Source: Microcystis aeruginosa NIES-2549 (lineage in GTDB: Bacteria; Cyanobacteriota; Cyanobacteriia; Cyanobacteriales; Microcystaceae). Taken from it: a stretch of 32,000 nucleotides of DNA. Below the pieces are notes generated by a model. That model made no database searches and was not told the DNA's origin. It saw only the letters and a list, made by a program, of their open reading frames with translations. The DNA lies in contig NZ_CP011304.1 of the NCBI RefSeq assembly GCF_000981785.2, positions 4,020,001 to 4,052,000 of the forward strand, in the 5' to 3' direction. Position numbers and translations under genes: made by a program. Shown here piece by piece: positions 7,142 through 17,659 of the stretch. The stretch's first letter is position 1; the number at the start of each line of letters is the position of its first letter.

Positions 7142-8755
7142 ATGAATGATTTAAATGAGCGAAAAACATTTGCTTTAACAACACCTCTTTATTATGTCAA
7201 CGATGTCCCTCACATCGGTAGTGCTTACACAACGATCGTAGCGGATGTTATGGCACGATGGAAGCGGTTACAGGGGAATTCTGTCCTCCTAATTACAGGA
7301 ACCGACGAACACGGACAGAAAATCGAACGGACTGCGGCAGCCAAAGGACTCAATCCCCAGGAACACTGCGATCGCATCGCCACCAGTTTTGCCAATCTCT
7401 GGGCCAAGCTACACATCCAGTATGATCGCTTTAGTCGCACCACCGCCCCCCGTCATCAGACAATTGTTAACGAATTTTTTGAAAGAGTCTGGGAAAAAGG
7501 CGATATCTATCTAGATCGCCAACAGGGTTGGTATTGCGTCGCCTGTGAAGAATTTAAGGAAAAAAGAGAACTGTTAGATAATGGCTGTTGTCCCATTCAT
7601 ACTAATCTGGCCGCCGAATGGCGCGACGAGGAAAACTATTTTTTCCGTCTCTCTAAATATCAGACGCAACTAGAACAACTTTACCAAGAGCAACCCGATT
7701 TTATTCAACCGGAAAGCCGACGTAATGAGGTCCTCAACTTCGTCAACCAAGGACTACAGGACTTCTCCATCTCTAGGGTTAATGTGGCTTGGGGGTTTCC
7801 CATTCCCCACGATGGCAAGCATACCATCTACGTTTGGTTTGATGCCCTTCTTGGCTATGTTACCGCCCTTCTCGACCCCGAAGACGAACCCACCCTAGAA
7901 AATGCCTTGGCCAAATGGTGGCCGATCGATCTGCATCTGATCGGTAAAGATATATTAAGATTCCATGCCATTTATTGGCCGGCTATGCTAATGTCGGCGG
8001 GTTTACCCTTGCCTAAAAGAGTCTTCGGCCATGGCTTTTTGACCAAAGACGGGCGGAAAATGGGCAAAAGTCTCGGTAATACCCTCGATCCCTTCGATTT
8101 AGTTGAGCGCTACGGGGCCGATGCCGTCCGTTACTATTTCGTCAAAGAGATTGAATTAGGACAGGATGGCGATTTTCAGGAAACCAGATTTGTTAATATT
8201 CTTAACGCAGATTTAGCCAACGATTTAGGCAACCTCCTCAATCGCACCCTAGGCATGGTTAAAAAATACTGCCAAAATAACCCCCCCCAGTTGACCGGTG
8301 TAGATATCCCCAACGATAATCACCTTAAGAATATGGGGATCAATTTAGGGGGCATTGTTGAACAGAAGTACGATGCGCTACAATTTAATCAAGCCTGTGA
8401 GGAAATATTGGCGTTAATTCGTGCTAGTAATAAGTTTATCGATGAGAGTGCGCCCTGGAGTTTATTTAAACAGAAACAACAAGCAGCGGTAGAACAAGTC
8501 CTCTACGCAGTTTTGGAATCAGTAAGACTCTCTGCCTACCTACTTTCACCGATAATACCGACCTTGAGCAGTAAAATTTATCAACAACTGGGTTTTGTTA
8601 TTGATTTTAATACTTTCAGGTCGGAGGACGGAGAAAACTCCCCTGATGGTGTCTCTTTTTCCCAACACTGTCAATGGGGATTACCCACAAATCCACAACT
8701 AGGAACACCTGAACCGATCTTTTCTAAACTAGAACTGCCGTTAAACGATTCCTAA
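7142..8755 (+). CDS. metG: methionine--tRNA ligase
   Basis: Class I HIGH motif (PHIGSAYT), KMSKS-type motif (KMGKSLGN), Zn knuckle (CVACEEF..CCPIH) and the WFDALLGY signature. Confidence 0.95.
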   Translation: MNDLNERKTFALTTPLYYVNDVPHIGSAYTTIVADVMARWKRLQGNSVLLITGTDEHGQKIERTAAAKGLNPQEHCDRIATSFANLWAKLHIQYDRFSRTTAPRHQTIVNEFFERVWEKGDIYLDRQQGWYCVACEEFKEKRELLDNGCCPIHTNLAAEWRDEENYFFRLSKYQTQLEQLYQEQPDFIQPESRRNEVLNFVNQGLQDFSISRVNVAWGFPIPHDGKHTIYVWFDALLGYVTALLDPEDEPTLENALAKWWPIDLHLIGKDILRFHAIYWPAMLMSAGLPLPKRVFGHGFLTKDGRKMGKSLGNTLDPFDLVERYGADAVRYYFVKEIELGQDGDFQETRFVNILNADLANDLGNLLNRTLGMVKKYCQNNPPQLTGVDIPNDNHLKNMGINLGGIVEQKYDALQFNQACEEILALIRASNKFIDESAPWSLFKQKQQAAVEQVLYAVLESVRLSAYLLSPIIPTLSSKIYQQLGFVIDFNTFRSEDGENSPDGVSFSQHCQWGLPTNPQLGTPEPIFSKLELPLNDS

Positions 8756-8855
8756 GGGAATTTTTTGATAACTCTATTTTTTAAGGTCTGTTGTCCTTTC
8801 GGACACAACTGGCAAACACCCAACACTAAACTTTTAACAAACGAGGAAAAATAAA

Positions 8856-9461
8856 ATGTTTGATGATTATGACACAGCCCCAGTCTTTACCCCCGAACAA
8901 GTGCTAGAAAATCGCGGTCGTGTGGCGATTTTCATCGATGGTTCTAATTTATTTTATGCAGCTCTGCAATTAGGTATCGAAATTGACTACACCAAATTAC
9001 TTTGTCGTTTAACTGCCGGTTCTCGTCTCTTGCGGGCCTTCTTTTATACTGGAGTTGATCGCACTAACGAAAAACAGCAGGGATTCCTCCTCTGGATGCG
9101 TCGCAACGGCTATCGAGTCATCGCTAAAGATCTAGTACAATTGCCCGATGGTTCCAAAAAAGCCAATCTCGACGTGGAAATCGCCGTGGATTTAATGGCT
9201 CTAGTGGGTTCCTATGATACCGCAGTCATTGTCAGTGGTGATGGGGATTTAGCCTATGCTGCCGATTCCGTTAGTTACCGTGGTGCGCGAGTGGAAGTGG
9301 TTAGTTTGCGATCGATGACCAGTGATAGTTTAATTAATGTGGCTGATCGCTATGTTGATTTAGATCAAATCAAAGAAGAAATTCAAAAAACCAGCAAACA
9401 TCACGTTAGTTATAATAATTTCCCCGTCAGCGTCTTGGACCAAGATCGTAGCAGTCGCTAG
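8856..9461 (+). CDS. NYN/LabA-like PIN-fold domain protein
   Basis: VAIFIDGSNLFYA .. FFYTG .. KKANLDVEIAVD .. VIVSGDGDLAYA, the typical NYN (LabA-like) acidic motifs. Confidence 0.75.
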   Translation: MFDDYDTAPVFTPEQVLENRGRVAIFIDGSNLFYAALQLGIEIDYTKLLCRLTAGSRLLRAFFYTGVDRTNEKQQGFLLWMRRNGYRVIAKDLVQLPDGSKKANLDVEIAVDLMALVGSYDTAVIVSGDGDLAYAADSVSYRGARVEVVSLRSMTSDSLINVADRYVDLDQIKEEIQKTSKHHVSYNNFPVSVLDQDRSSR

Positions 9462-9485
9462 AACAATTCAGCAAAAATCAAGTTT

Positions 9486-9510
9486 AAGGTGGGTAATTCC
9501 CACCTTTTTC
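9486..9510 (+). terminator. Rho-independent terminator after the NYN gene
   Basis: AAGGTGGG (9486-9493) / CCCACCTT (9499-9506), an 8-bp stem with a 5-nt loop, followed by a T run. Confidence 0.6.
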
Positions 9511-9584
9511 AGTTATCAGTTATCAGTTATCAGTTATCAGTTAGCAGTTATCAGTTATCAGTTATCAGTTAGCAGTTATCAGTG
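9510..9584. repeat. (CAGTTAT)n heptamer tandem array, about 10 units with CAGTTAG variants
   Basis: Read directly. The same heptamer (or its complement CTGATAA) forms arrays at 6210-6243, 17625-17650 and 30471-30523. Confidence 0.9.
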
Positions 9585-9632
9585 ATACTAAATCCGCTGA
9601 GTATAGGCTACATATCAGGAGAGGCACTCATG
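9585..9632. mobile_element. 5' half-copy of the ATACTAAATCC-TIR MITE
   Basis: ATACTAAATCCGCTGAGTATAGGCTACATATCAGGAGAGGCACTCATG is nearly identical to the 5' halves of the copies at 9800 and 27016, but the right TIR is missing. Confidence 0.7.
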
Positions 9633-9799
9633 GAAGTGGAGTGACTCTTAAATTATTACAGATGTGTCAGCAGCTGCGTGTAAGCATCCCACCGAAAAAC
9701 TAATGCGCGGGGGGTTTGGGGGCGGCGCCACGCCCCCAACGGGGGGTTTGGGGGGTTCTACCCCCCAAAAGCTTGGATTGAGCGATAAAATCGGAAGTA

Positions 9800-9866
9800 A
9801 TACTAAATCCCTTGAGTATAGGCTACATATCAGGAGAGGCACTCATGCAATAACTGGATTTAGTAT
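9800..9866. mobile_element. MITE, short form (67 bp), TIR ATACTAAATCC / GGATTTAGTAT
   Basis: 11-bp terminal inverted repeats read directly. Family members at 27016-27109 and 16455-16545. Confidence 0.75.
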
Positions 9867-9894
9867 AACCACTCCCCATCTGCTGCCTCCTCAA

Positions 9895-11091
9895 TTAAGC
9901 AATACTACTGCGTTTTCTCGCTTCCTTATAAGATGTTCCCACATCCTGTAAACCGACTTTAATCATTTGTTGTTCCAAAAGGGCAAAAAAACGCAGGCGA
10001 TCACCACCTTTAATCACCGCTAAATTGTGCGCTTCCGCTAAGGCGATCGGATAACCATAACCTTTTAACACCTGGGCCAGTAAAATACTCAAAGAGCGAT
10101 CGAGTAATTCTCGATCCTCCACCACCCAAGCAGGAACCTCTACCCTAGCGATTTCCGTCCCCACATGGAGATAACAGAAGTAAATACGATGCTCATCCCC
10201 ATAAAGATCGAGGATTTTCAAAGAACTGCGCCAAAAAGGACTTCTTTGCCCCGGTTCCAATAAATAACCCCAGACAGAGGCATCCCGGAGAGGATCGACA
10301 ACGCGACAAGGGGTTTTGTCTGGCTCTAAATCACCGCAATTGATCAAGCAATTGGGAGTATCATGGGGACAAGATTGTAAACGCAGGAAATTTAAGCCTT
10401 CCGTGCTACGAGAAGCACTAATATAACCTATAAGCGGGATTCTAGCTGATTTTAAATCGTCCCAAGACTGAAAAATCGGTGGCAAAATTAAATCTTTTGC
10501 TTCCGGGGGGAGACTATCGATAAACCAATAGATCAAAGAACCATCCACGAGGGCTAAATTTGGTTCATAATGGGCGCCGGGGGGTTTTACCCAACGAGTA
10601 GCCATTTCCGCTAACATTTGGCTTTCTAATACCGTCCGACGATAACTCATCCACTCATCCACGCGAATACCCCACTGTTTAGAAATGTAGAGGTCTTCTG
10701 ATTTGTAATAGACTTCGGGAATGCTATCGAGGAGAGGGTGTAAATTTTGACCATAGTGCAACATGATCCTACCGATATTAATTAGATAACAGTAGGCGAT
10801 TTCGTGGTGGGAAGGGGCAATCTGGGAACCATCCGTGGCAAAAACGCTATGACTTTCGGGAGGGGGAAGGATAGTAATGCGGGTGTCGAGAGGTTCGATC
10901 GGTAGCGCTACGGAGAAAATTAGGCGATCGTGCCAGTTATCATAGAGTTCTAGCAGTTTTTCCTGTTGCTGTTGAGCCTGTTCTAAAAGAATTTTAGCCC
11001 TTTGCACTCGCTCACGACTAGCTGCCACTTCCTGTTGAAAATGTTGACTAATCCCTGGCATTTTTGCCGCTAATTTCGCAAGATCGAGCAT
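9895..11091 (-). CDS. NurA-domain-like nuclease family protein (conserved cyanobacterial hypothetical)
   Basis: 398-aa ORF with FATDGSQI and LVDGSLIYW motifs spaced as in NurA-type RNase H-like nucleases. The assignment is from memory of the domain pattern only. Confidence 0.5.
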   Translation of the reverse strand: MLDLAKLAAKMPGISQHFQQEVAASRERVQRAKILLEQAQQQQEKLLELYDNWHDRLIFSVALPIEPLDTRITILPPPESHSVFATDGSQIAPSHHEIAYCYLINIGRIMLHYGQNLHPLLDSIPEVYYKSEDLYISKQWGIRVDEWMSYRRTVLESQMLAEMATRWVKPPGAHYEPNLALVDGSLIYWFIDSLPPEAKDLILPPIFQSWDDLKSARIPLIGYISASRSTEGLNFLRLQSCPHDTPNCLINCGDLEPDKTPCRVVDPLRDASVWGYLLEPGQRSPFWRSSLKILDLYGDEHRIYFCYLHVGTEIARVEVPAWVVEDRELLDRSLSILLAQVLKGYGYPIALAEAHNLAVIKGGDRLRFFALLEQQMIKVGLQDVGTSYKEARKRSSIA

Positions 11092-11283
11092 AGCTATCCT
11101 CTCCCTGACTTTTTTTGATTTTATCGCAATTTCCTGTCTCTAAGGATAATTTTGTCAATTATTGCCAAATTTATCCATAATACCTGCGGTTGCCGCCTTT
11201 CCTTCCACAGCCACCCAGATTTTGCTATCTAGCCAAAAAGACAATCTCTAACCTCTAAACCGGAGAAAAGCACAATCGCTGAC

Positions 11284-11313
11284 TTGACAACAAGAGCGAC
11301 AATTTGCTATAAT
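11284..11313 (+). promoter_or_regulatory. sigma70-type promoter of the str operon
   Basis: TTGACA (11284-11289), an 18-bp spacer, then TATAAT (11308-11313), about 66 nt upstream of the rpsL ATG. Confidence 0.55.
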
Positions 11314-11379
11314 GACCTTTTGTCAACGATTTGACCTTCGGTAATAGGAGTTCAGAGTAACCTTAGATACAGCCCTATC

Positions 11380-11763
11380 ATGCCCACCATTCAGCAATTA
11401 ATACGCGACGAAAGATCCAAAGCGAAAAGAAAAACCAAATCTCCCGCCCTCAAACAATGCCCCCAACGCCGGGGAGTTTGTACAAGAGTATATACCACCA
11501 CACCGAAAAAACCCAACTCAGCCCTACGGAAAGTGGCTAGGGTACGTTTGACCTCTGGATTTGAGGTGACAGCCTACATCCCGGGCATCGGTCATAACCT
11601 ACAAGAACACTCGGTCGTCCTCATTCGCGGCGGTCGGGTCAAAGATTTACCCGGAGTCAGATATCACATCATTCGCGGCACCCTCGATGCCACCGGGGTG
11701 AAAAACCGTCAAAAGGCGCGCTCTAAGTACGGAACCAAACGCCCCAAACCCGCCGCTAAATAA
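11380..11763 (+). CDS. rpsL: 30S ribosomal protein S12
   Basis: [25 protein letters not shown], the canonical S12 sequence. Confidence 0.97.
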   Translation: MPTIQQLIRDERSKAKRKTKSPALKQCPQRRGVCTRVYTTTPKKPNSALRKVARVRLTSGFEVTAYIPGIGHNLQEHSVVLIRGGRVKDLPGVRYHIIRGTLDATGVKNRQKARSKYGTKRPKPAAK

Positions 11764-11918
11764 ACAGGAAATTGATTAACCAAAAAAATACTCCCACCGA
11801 GTCGGTCAAAGTTAACCCAAGAGACTTAAGACTCGCAGGAGAGGGTTTGAGATGGGCTGTAATCATCCGACTGTCAAGCAAAAGTTAAAGTTAACCTAAA
11901 AAATCAAGGAATATTCCG

Positions 11919-12389
11919 ATGTCTCGCCGTAAAAACGTCAAAAAACGTCCTATTCCCCCAGATCCCGTTTACAATAGCTGTTTAGTCAGCATGACCATCC
12001 GCCGGATCATGCGATCGGGCAAAAAATCCCTGGCCGCTAACATCGTCTACGATGCCCTAAAAACCGTCGGCGAACGTACCGGTCAAGAACCCCTAGAAGT
12101 ATTTGAAAAAGCCGTTAAAAACGCCACCCCCCTAGTGGAAGTGAAAGCCCGTCGGGTCGGTGGAGCCACCTATCAAGTACCGATGGAAGTACGGAGCAAC
12201 CGTGGTAGTACATTAGCACTACGCTGGTTAGTCCATTATGCTCGGACTAGAGGCGGCAAAACCATGGCTGGTAAACTAGCTAACGAGATCATGGATGCGG
12301 CCAATGAAACGGGCGGCACGATCAAAAAACGGGAAGAAACCCACCGGATGGCAGAGGCAAACAAAGCCTTTGCCCACTATCGTTACTAA
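11919..12389 (+). CDS. rpsG: 30S ribosomal protein S7
   Basis: [33 protein letters not shown], canonical S7. Confidence 0.97.
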   Translation: MSRRKNVKKRPIPPDPVYNSCLVSMTIRRIMRSGKKSLAANIVYDALKTVGERTGQEPLEVFEKAVKNATPLVEVKARRVGGATYQVPMEVRSNRGSTLALRWLVHYARTRGGKTMAGKLANEIMDAANETGGTIKKREETHRMAEANKAFAHYRY

Positions 12390-12532
12390 GAAAGATACTT
12401 TAAAGATACTTTAAGGGCGGTAGACCACACCGCTGCCGCCAAAAAACTGTCAAGAAAAGTATAGAATTGTAAATAGTGTAAAAAATCCTAGAACAAAACC
12501 CCATCACTGGCAAGCAAAGCAAGGAGGTTGCT

Positions 12533-14608
12533 GTGGCACGGACTATCCCGCTAGAGAGAGTGCGAAACATCGGAATCGCCGCTCACATAGACGCGGGCAA
12601 AACAACGACAACAGAAAGAATCCTGTTCTATACGGGAGTCGCTCATAAACTGGGCGAAGTCCACGACGGAACGGCAATTACCGACTGGATGGAACAGGAA
12701 CGGGAGCGAGGAATCACGATCACCGCCGCCGCCATCAGTACCAGTTGGCAAGATCATCGCATCAACATCATTGACACCCCCGGCCACGTCGATTTCACCA
12801 TTGAAGTGGAACGTTCCATGCGGGTACTCGATGGCGTGGTGGCAGTTTTCTGCTCTGTTGGTGGTGTACAACCCCAATCAGAAACCGTCTGGAGACAAGC
12901 CGATCGGTACAAAGTACCCCGGATTGCCTTTGTCAACAAAATGGACAGAACGGGAGCGAACTTCTTCAAAGTTTACGAACAATTAAGAGATCGCCTCAGA
13001 ACTAACGCCGTTCCCATCCAAATGCCGATCGGCGCGGAAAGCGAACTGAGCGGGATCATCGATCTCGTCAAGATGCGCGCCTATATATATAAGGACGATC
13101 TGGGCAAAGACATAGAAGAAACCGACATTCCCGAAGACTTATTGAAAAAGGCCGAAGAATTCCGCCTGCAGCTGGTGGAGGCTGTAGCGGAAGCCGATGA
13201 AGAACTCCTAGAAAAATATCTAGAAGGTGAAGAACTCACCGAAGCCGAAATCAAACGCGGTCTCAGAGAAGGGACGATTGCAGGTACAATTGTTCCCGTC
13301 CTCTGCGGCTCGGCTTTCAAAAACAAAGGGGTACAACTGCTCCTCGATGCCGTCGTCGATTATCTGCCCTCACCCTCGGAAGTAGCCGCCGTTAAAGGGA
13401 TTCTTCCCGATGGTAGCGAGGCAATCCGGGAGGCTAAGGACGATGCGCCCTTCTCGGCCCTGGCCTTCAAAATCATGGCCGATCCCTTCGGTCGTTTAAC
13501 CTTCCTGCGGGTCTATTCCGGTGTGTTAGCCAAAGGCAGCTACGCCTACAACTCCACCAAAGGAACCAAAGAACGGATCGCTCGCCTGATCGTCCTCAAA
13601 TCCAACGAACGGATCGAAGTGGATGAACTGCGCGCCGGTGATCTAGGAGCAGCGATCGGACTGAAAAACACCATTACCGGGGATACCCTATGTGATGAGA
13701 AAAACCCGGTTATCCTAGAATCCCTCTTTATCCCCGAACCGGTGATCTCCGTGGCGGTGGAACCGAAAACCAAACAGGACATCGAGAAACTCAGCAAAGC
13801 TCTGCAAGCTCTCTCCGATGAGGATCCCACCTTCCGGGTCAAAGTTGATCCCGAAACCAATCAAACGGTAATCGCCGGGATGGGAGAACTGCACCTGGAA
13901 ATCCTCGTCGATCGGATGCTGCGGGAATACAAAGTCGAAGCGACGGTGGGCGCTCCCCAAGTTGCCTATCGGGAAACTGTGCGGAAACCCGTACGGGCCG
14001 AGGGTAAATTTATCCGTCAAAGTGGCGGTAAAGGGCAGTACGGCCACGTCGTCATCGAACTCGAACCGGGTGAACCGGGGTCAGGCTTTGTCTTCGTCTC
14101 CAAAATTGTCGGTGGTGCTATCCCCAAAGAATACATCAACCCGTCAGAACAAGGGATGAAAGAAGCTTGCGAATCGGGGATCGTTGCGGGTTATCCCGTC
14201 ATCGACCTGAAAGCAACCCTGGTAGATGGTTCTTTCCACGATGTGGACTCCTCCGAGATGGCCTTTAAGATTGCCGGTTCCATGGCGATCAAGGAAGCGG
14301 TGATGAAAGCTACCCCCGTTCTCCTCGAACCGATGATGAAGGTCGAGGTGGAAGTACCCGAAGACTTCATCGGTAACGTCATCGGTGATCTTAACTCCCG
14401 TCGGGGACAAATCGAAGGCCAAGAAACCGAGGCCGGCATCGCCAAAGTCTCCGCTAAAGTTCCCTTAGCGGAAATGTTTGGTTACGCCACTGATATTCGC
14501 TCCAAAACCCAAGGACGGGGCATCTTCACCATGGAATTTAGCCATTACGAAGAAGTCCCCCGCAACGTGGCCGAGGCGATTATCGCCAAAAGTAAAGGGA
14601 ACGGATAA
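12533..14608 (+). CDS. fusA: translation elongation factor G
   Basis: GTG start 6 nt after the AAGGAGG at 12521-12527. G-domain motifs [14 protein letters not shown] and NKMD; full-length 691 aa. Confidence 0.97.
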   Translation: MARTIPLERVRNIGIAAHIDAGKTTTTERILFYTGVAHKLGEVHDGTAITDWMEQERERGITITAAAISTSWQDHRINIIDTPGHVDFTIEVERSMRVLDGVVAVFCSVGGVQPQSETVWRQADRYKVPRIAFVNKMDRTGANFFKVYEQLRDRLRTNAVPIQMPIGAESELSGIIDLVKMRAYIYKDDLGKDIEETDIPEDLLKKAEEFRLQLVEAVAEADEELLEKYLEGEELTEAEIKRGLREGTIAGTIVPVLCGSAFKNKGVQLLLDAVVDYLPSPSEVAAVKGILPDGSEAIREAKDDAPFSALAFKIMADPFGRLTFLRVYSGVLAKGSYAYNSTKGTKERIARLIVLKSNERIEVDELRAGDLGAAIGLKNTITGDTLCDEKNPVILESLFIPEPVISVAVEPKTKQDIEKLSKALQALSDEDPTFRVKVDPETNQTVIAGMGELHLEILVDRMLREYKVEATVGAPQVAYRETVRKPVRAEGKFIRQSGGKGQYGHVVIELEPGEPGSGFVFVSKIVGGAIPKEYINPSEQGMKEACESGIVAGYPVIDLKATLVDGSFHDVDSSEMAFKIAGSMAIKEAVMKATPVLLEPMMKVEVEVPEDFIGNVIGDLNSRRGQIEGQETEAGIAKVSAKVPLAEMFGYATDIRSKTQGRGIFTMEFSHYEEVPRNVAEAIIAKSKGNG

Positions 14609-14761
14609 TCAGTGACCAGTGACCGGTGAGCAGTGAAGACAAACCGATCATTTAAATTTGATCGGTCAACCCTAATAACTGCTAACTTAAAACTGATCTC
14701 TGGTGACTGATTAATGTTCACCCAGCTGAAGAAGAAAAAAAAACAAAGGAACAGAAAGTAA

Positions 14762-15991
14762 ATGGCACGCGCTAAATTTGAACGGACGAAACCCCACGTT
14801 AACATCGGTACGATCGGTCACGTTGACCACGGCAAAACTACCCTCACCGCCGCTATCACTATGACCCTAGCGGCTCTGGGTAATGCCCAAGCTAAAAAAT
14901 ACGATGAAATCGATGCCGCTCCCGAAGAAAAGGCTCGCGGGATCACCATCAACACCGCTCACGTTGAGTACGAAACTGCTGATCGCCACTATGCACACGT
15001 GGACTGCCCCGGCCACGCGGACTATGTAAAAAACATGATCACCGGTGCGGCACAGATGGACGGTGGTATTCTCGTGGTCTCGGCTGCCGATGGCCCGATG
15101 CCCCAAACCAGGGAACATATCCTGCTGGCTCGTCAGGTGGGTGTACCTAACCTGGTGGTCTTCCTCAACAAAAAAGATATGGTGGACGATGAGGAGTTAC
15201 TGGAACTCGTAGAACTGGAAGTGCGCGAACTTCTCACCAGTTACGACTTTGCTGGCGACGATATCCCCATTATTGCCGGTTCTGCGAAAGAAGCCCTCGA
15301 CTACATGGCCAAAAATCCCAAGGCCCAAAAAGGCGATAACGAGTGGGTGGACGCAATTTATGAATTAATGGACGCGGTGGATAGCTATATCCCCACCCCC
15401 GAACGGGATATCGATAAACCCTTCCTGATGGCGGTAGAAGACGTATTCTCGATTACCGGTCGGGGGACGGTGGCTACCGGTCGGATCGAACGCGGTATTG
15501 TGAAAGTGGGTGATAACGTGGAATTGGTCGGGATCAGAGAAACTCGCCCCACCACCGTCACCGGGATCGAAATGTTCAAGAAAAGTCTTGACCAAGGGAT
15601 GGCCGGTGACAACGCTGGTATCCTCCTGCGTGGTATCCAAAAAACCGACATCGAGCGCGGCATGGTGATCGCTAAACCGAATACAATCAAACCCCACACC
15701 CAGTTTGAAGGTGAGGTGTATGTGTTAACTGCAGGAGAAGGTGGTCGTCACACTCCTTTCTTTAAAAACTATCGTCCTCAGTTTTATGTACGCACAACCG
15801 ACGTAACTGGCACTATCAAAGACTACACCGCCGATGATGGCAGCACTGTAGAAATGGTCATGCCGGGAGACCGGATCAAAATGACCGTGGAACTGATCAA
15901 CCCGATCGCTATTGAACAGGGTATGCGCTTCGCTATTCGCGAGGGTGGTCGCACCATCGGTTCTGGCGTTATCTCGAAAATTATCAAGTAG
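14762..15991 (+). CDS. tuf: translation elongation factor Tu
   Basis: [40 protein letters not shown]; canonical EF-Tu, 409 aa. Confidence 0.98.
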   Translation: MARAKFERTKPHVNIGTIGHVDHGKTTLTAAITMTLAALGNAQAKKYDEIDAAPEEKARGITINTAHVEYETADRHYAHVDCPGHADYVKNMITGAAQMDGGILVVSAADGPMPQTREHILLARQVGVPNLVVFLNKKDMVDDEELLELVELEVRELLTSYDFAGDDIPIIAGSAKEALDYMAKNPKAQKGDNEWVDAIYELMDAVDSYIPTPERDIDKPFLMAVEDVFSITGRGTVATGRIERGIVKVGDNVELVGIRETRPTTVTGIEMFKKSLDQGMAGDNAGILLRGIQKTDIERGMVIAKPNTIKPHTQFEGEVYVLTAGEGGRHTPFFKNYRPQFYVRTTDVTGTIKDYTADDGSTVEMVMPGDRIKMTVELINPIAIEQGMRFAIREGGRTIGSGVISKIIK

Positions 15992-16081
15992 GCTAATCTA
16001 CTAATTAACGGGGCAGTGAATTTAAAAGCTGCTCCGTTACTGTCTTTATCTCGTACCTTGACAACTGCAATAGGTGAAATT

Positions 16082-16399
16082 ATGGCTACGTTACAACAAC
16101 AGAAAATTCGCATTCGTTTGAAAGCTTTTGACCGCCGCCTACTCGATACTTCCTGTGAGAAGATTGTCGATACTGCCAATAGAACTAACGCCACAGCGAT
16201 CGGACCGATTCCCCTACCGACCAAAAGAAAGATTTATTGTGTCCTGCGTTCCCCTCACGTTGACAAGGACTCCCGTGAACATTTTGAAACCCGCACCCAT
16301 CGCCGCATTATTGATATTTACCAACCTTCTTCTAAGACAATCGATGCTTTGATGAAATTGGATTTACCCGCAGGGGTTGATATTGAAGTTAAGTTGTAA
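16082..16399 (+). CDS. rpsJ: 30S ribosomal protein S10
   Basis: [17 protein letters not shown].. is the conserved S10 N-terminus. I chose the ATG at 16082 over the GTG at 16016 in the ORF track. Confidence 0.93.
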   Translation: MATLQQQKIRIRLKAFDRRLLDTSCEKIVDTANRTNATAIGPIPLPTKRKIYCVLRSPHVDKDSREHFETRTHRRIIDIYQPSSKTIDALMKLDLPAGVDIEVKL

Positions 16400-16407
16400 A
16401 AAATGCC

Positions 16408-16440
16408 AAAAAGATGTTATCGCTAACATCTTTTTTTCTT
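16408..16440 (+). terminator. Rho-independent terminator of the str/rpsJ transcript
   Basis: GATGTTA (16413-16419) / TAACATC (16424-16430) with a 4-nt loop, A-tract before and T7 after. Confidence 0.75.
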
Positions 16441-16454
16441 AGAAACTCTTTGTG

Positions 16455-16545
16455 ATACCAAATCCCTTTTTAATAGTCTGATTAACTCCCAAGTTAGGGA
16501 TTTTTTCTCCCCACTCTCCCATAACTTTTAGATAGGATTTAGTAT
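16455..16545. mobile_element. MITE of the ATACTAAATCC family (variant TIR ATACCAAATCC / GGATTTAGTAT)
   Basis: Terminal inverted repeats with 1 mismatch, about 91 bp, in the convergent rpsJ/glyQ spacer. Confidence 0.6.
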
Positions 16546-16618
16546 AAAAAGAAGTTATTAAAAGCAGGCCAGTACACTTGTTAAGGGTGCATCGCCACAA
16601 TTGAGATGCCACCGATCG

Positions 16619-17494
16619 CTAAACCGTTTGTAGGGGAAAACCTAAAGCTTCTCGTTGCTGTAAATACAATTGAGCAACCTGTCGGGCTAAATGGCGAATT
16701 CTGCCGATATAACGGGTTCTTTCAGCTACAGCAATCACACCTCTAGCATCGAGTAAATTAAAAGTATGGGAACATTTGAGAACATAATCTAGACTGGGAA
16801 TCACCAGAGAACGCTCGATGAGTTGTTTAGCTTCCTGTTCGTATAAACTGAATAAACTAAATAATAACTCAGGATTAGAAGCCTCAAAATTGTAGGTACA
16901 TTGTTCGATTTCATTTTGTAGAAAAATATCACCGTAGAGGATATTTTCATTCCATTGAATTTTATTAATTGCCTCCACATCTTGCAGATACATGGCTAAT
17001 CTTTCTAAACCGTAGGTAATTTCGATCGCCACGGGACGACAATCGATACCCCCACACTGTTGAAAGTAGGTAAATTGGGTGATTTCCATCCCATCTAACC
17101 ACACTTCCCAACCCACACCCCAAGCACCGAGGGTGGGAGATTCCCAGTTATCTTCCACGAAGCGAATATCATGATCTTCTGGGTTAATTCCTAACACCCG
17201 CAGGGAGTCTAAATAGATTTCCTGAATATTATCGGGAGAGGGTTTAATTAGGACTTGATATTGATAGTAATGCTGAAAACGATTGGGATTTTCGCCATAA
17301 CGGCCATCCGTAGGACGACGACAGGGTTCCACATAGGCAACGGCCCAAGGTTCCGGACCAATTGCCCTTAAAAAAGTGTGGGGACTCATGGTTCCCGCAC
17401 CTTTTTCGGTATCATAGGGTTGAGCCACTAAACAACCGCGAGCAGCCCAAAATTCATTTAATTTAGCGATAACAGCTTGGAAAGTTAAAGACAT
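16619..17494 (-). CDS. glyQ: glycine--tRNA ligase alpha subunit
   Basis: [34 protein letters not shown].. is the conserved GlyQ sequence; 291 aa. Confidence 0.95.
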   Translation of the reverse strand: MSLTFQAVIAKLNEFWAARGCLVAQPYDTEKGAGTMSPHTFLRAIGPEPWAVAYVEPCRRPTDGRYGENPNRFQHYYQYQVLIKPSPDNIQEIYLDSLRVLGINPEDHDIRFVEDNWESPTLGAWGVGWEVWLDGMEITQFTYFQQCGGIDCRPVAIEITYGLERLAMYLQDVEAINKIQWNENILYGDIFLQNEIEQCTYNFEASNPELLFSLFSLYEQEAKQLIERSLVIPSLDYVLKCSHTFNLLDARGVIAVAERTRYIGRIRHLARQVAQLYLQQREALGFPLQTV

Positions 17495-17524
17495 GGGAAA
17501 AAGTAAAAAAGCAGATTAGGGGTT

Positions 17525-17650
17525 GGGGAAGTGGGAAATGGAGAAGTGAGGAAGTGGAGAAGTGGGGAGATTTTATCAGTGAACAGTGAACGGTAAACAG
17601 TAATCAGTGAACTGAAAACTCACCTCTGATAACTGATAACTTATAACTGA
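17525..17650. repeat. composite dispersed repeat (GGAAGTGG-type block, CAGTGAAC core, (CTGATAA)n), a copy of 6126-6243
   Basis: Direct comparison by eye. The core ...CAGTGAACAGT(G/A)AAC(GGT)AAACAGTAATCAGTGAACTGAAAACTCAC(C/A)TCTGATAACTGATAAC is shared. Confidence 0.85.
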
Positions 17651-17659
17651 AAAGGCTGA

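Noticed and set aside
9510-9584. Heptamer arrays (also 6210-6243, 17625-17650 and 30471-30523) considered as CRISPR-like arrays
   Set aside because: The units are 7 nt and contiguous, with no spacers and no cas genes. They are simple tandem repeats.
9648-9951. ORFs 9664-9951 (+) and 9648-9842 (-) encoding Gly/Pro-rich peptides
   Set aside because: They lie entirely within MITE copies and the G/C-run repeat. The composition is low-complexity and repeat-driven, and the + ORF overlaps the NurA-like gene 3' end. They are not credible genes.
14545-14805. ORF 14545-14805 (-) spanning the fusA-tuf spacer
   Set aside because: It overlaps both gene ends and a poly-A/T tract and has low-complexity sequence (FFFFF). 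It is spurious.
16058-16063. TTGACA hexamer upstream of rpsJ as a promoter
   Set aside because: It lies only about 19 nt before the rpsJ ATG with no properly spaced -10 element. rpsJ is most simply co-transcribed with tuf.
16016-16081. Upstream GTG start for rpsJ given in the ORF track
   Set aside because: The conserved S10 N-terminus ([11 protein letters not shown]) begins at the ATG at 16082, and the 22-codon extension has no homology-like features.
12551-16224. Numerous 60-130-aa antisense or off-frame ORFs inside fusA, tuf and rpsJ (for example 12551-12877, 13546-13860, 13715-14047, 14144-14445, 14867-15118, 15365-15699, 15823-16224, 16128-16352)
   Set aside because: They are fully embedded in strongly conserved translation-factor and ribosomal genes. 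They are typical shadow ORFs with no independent signals.
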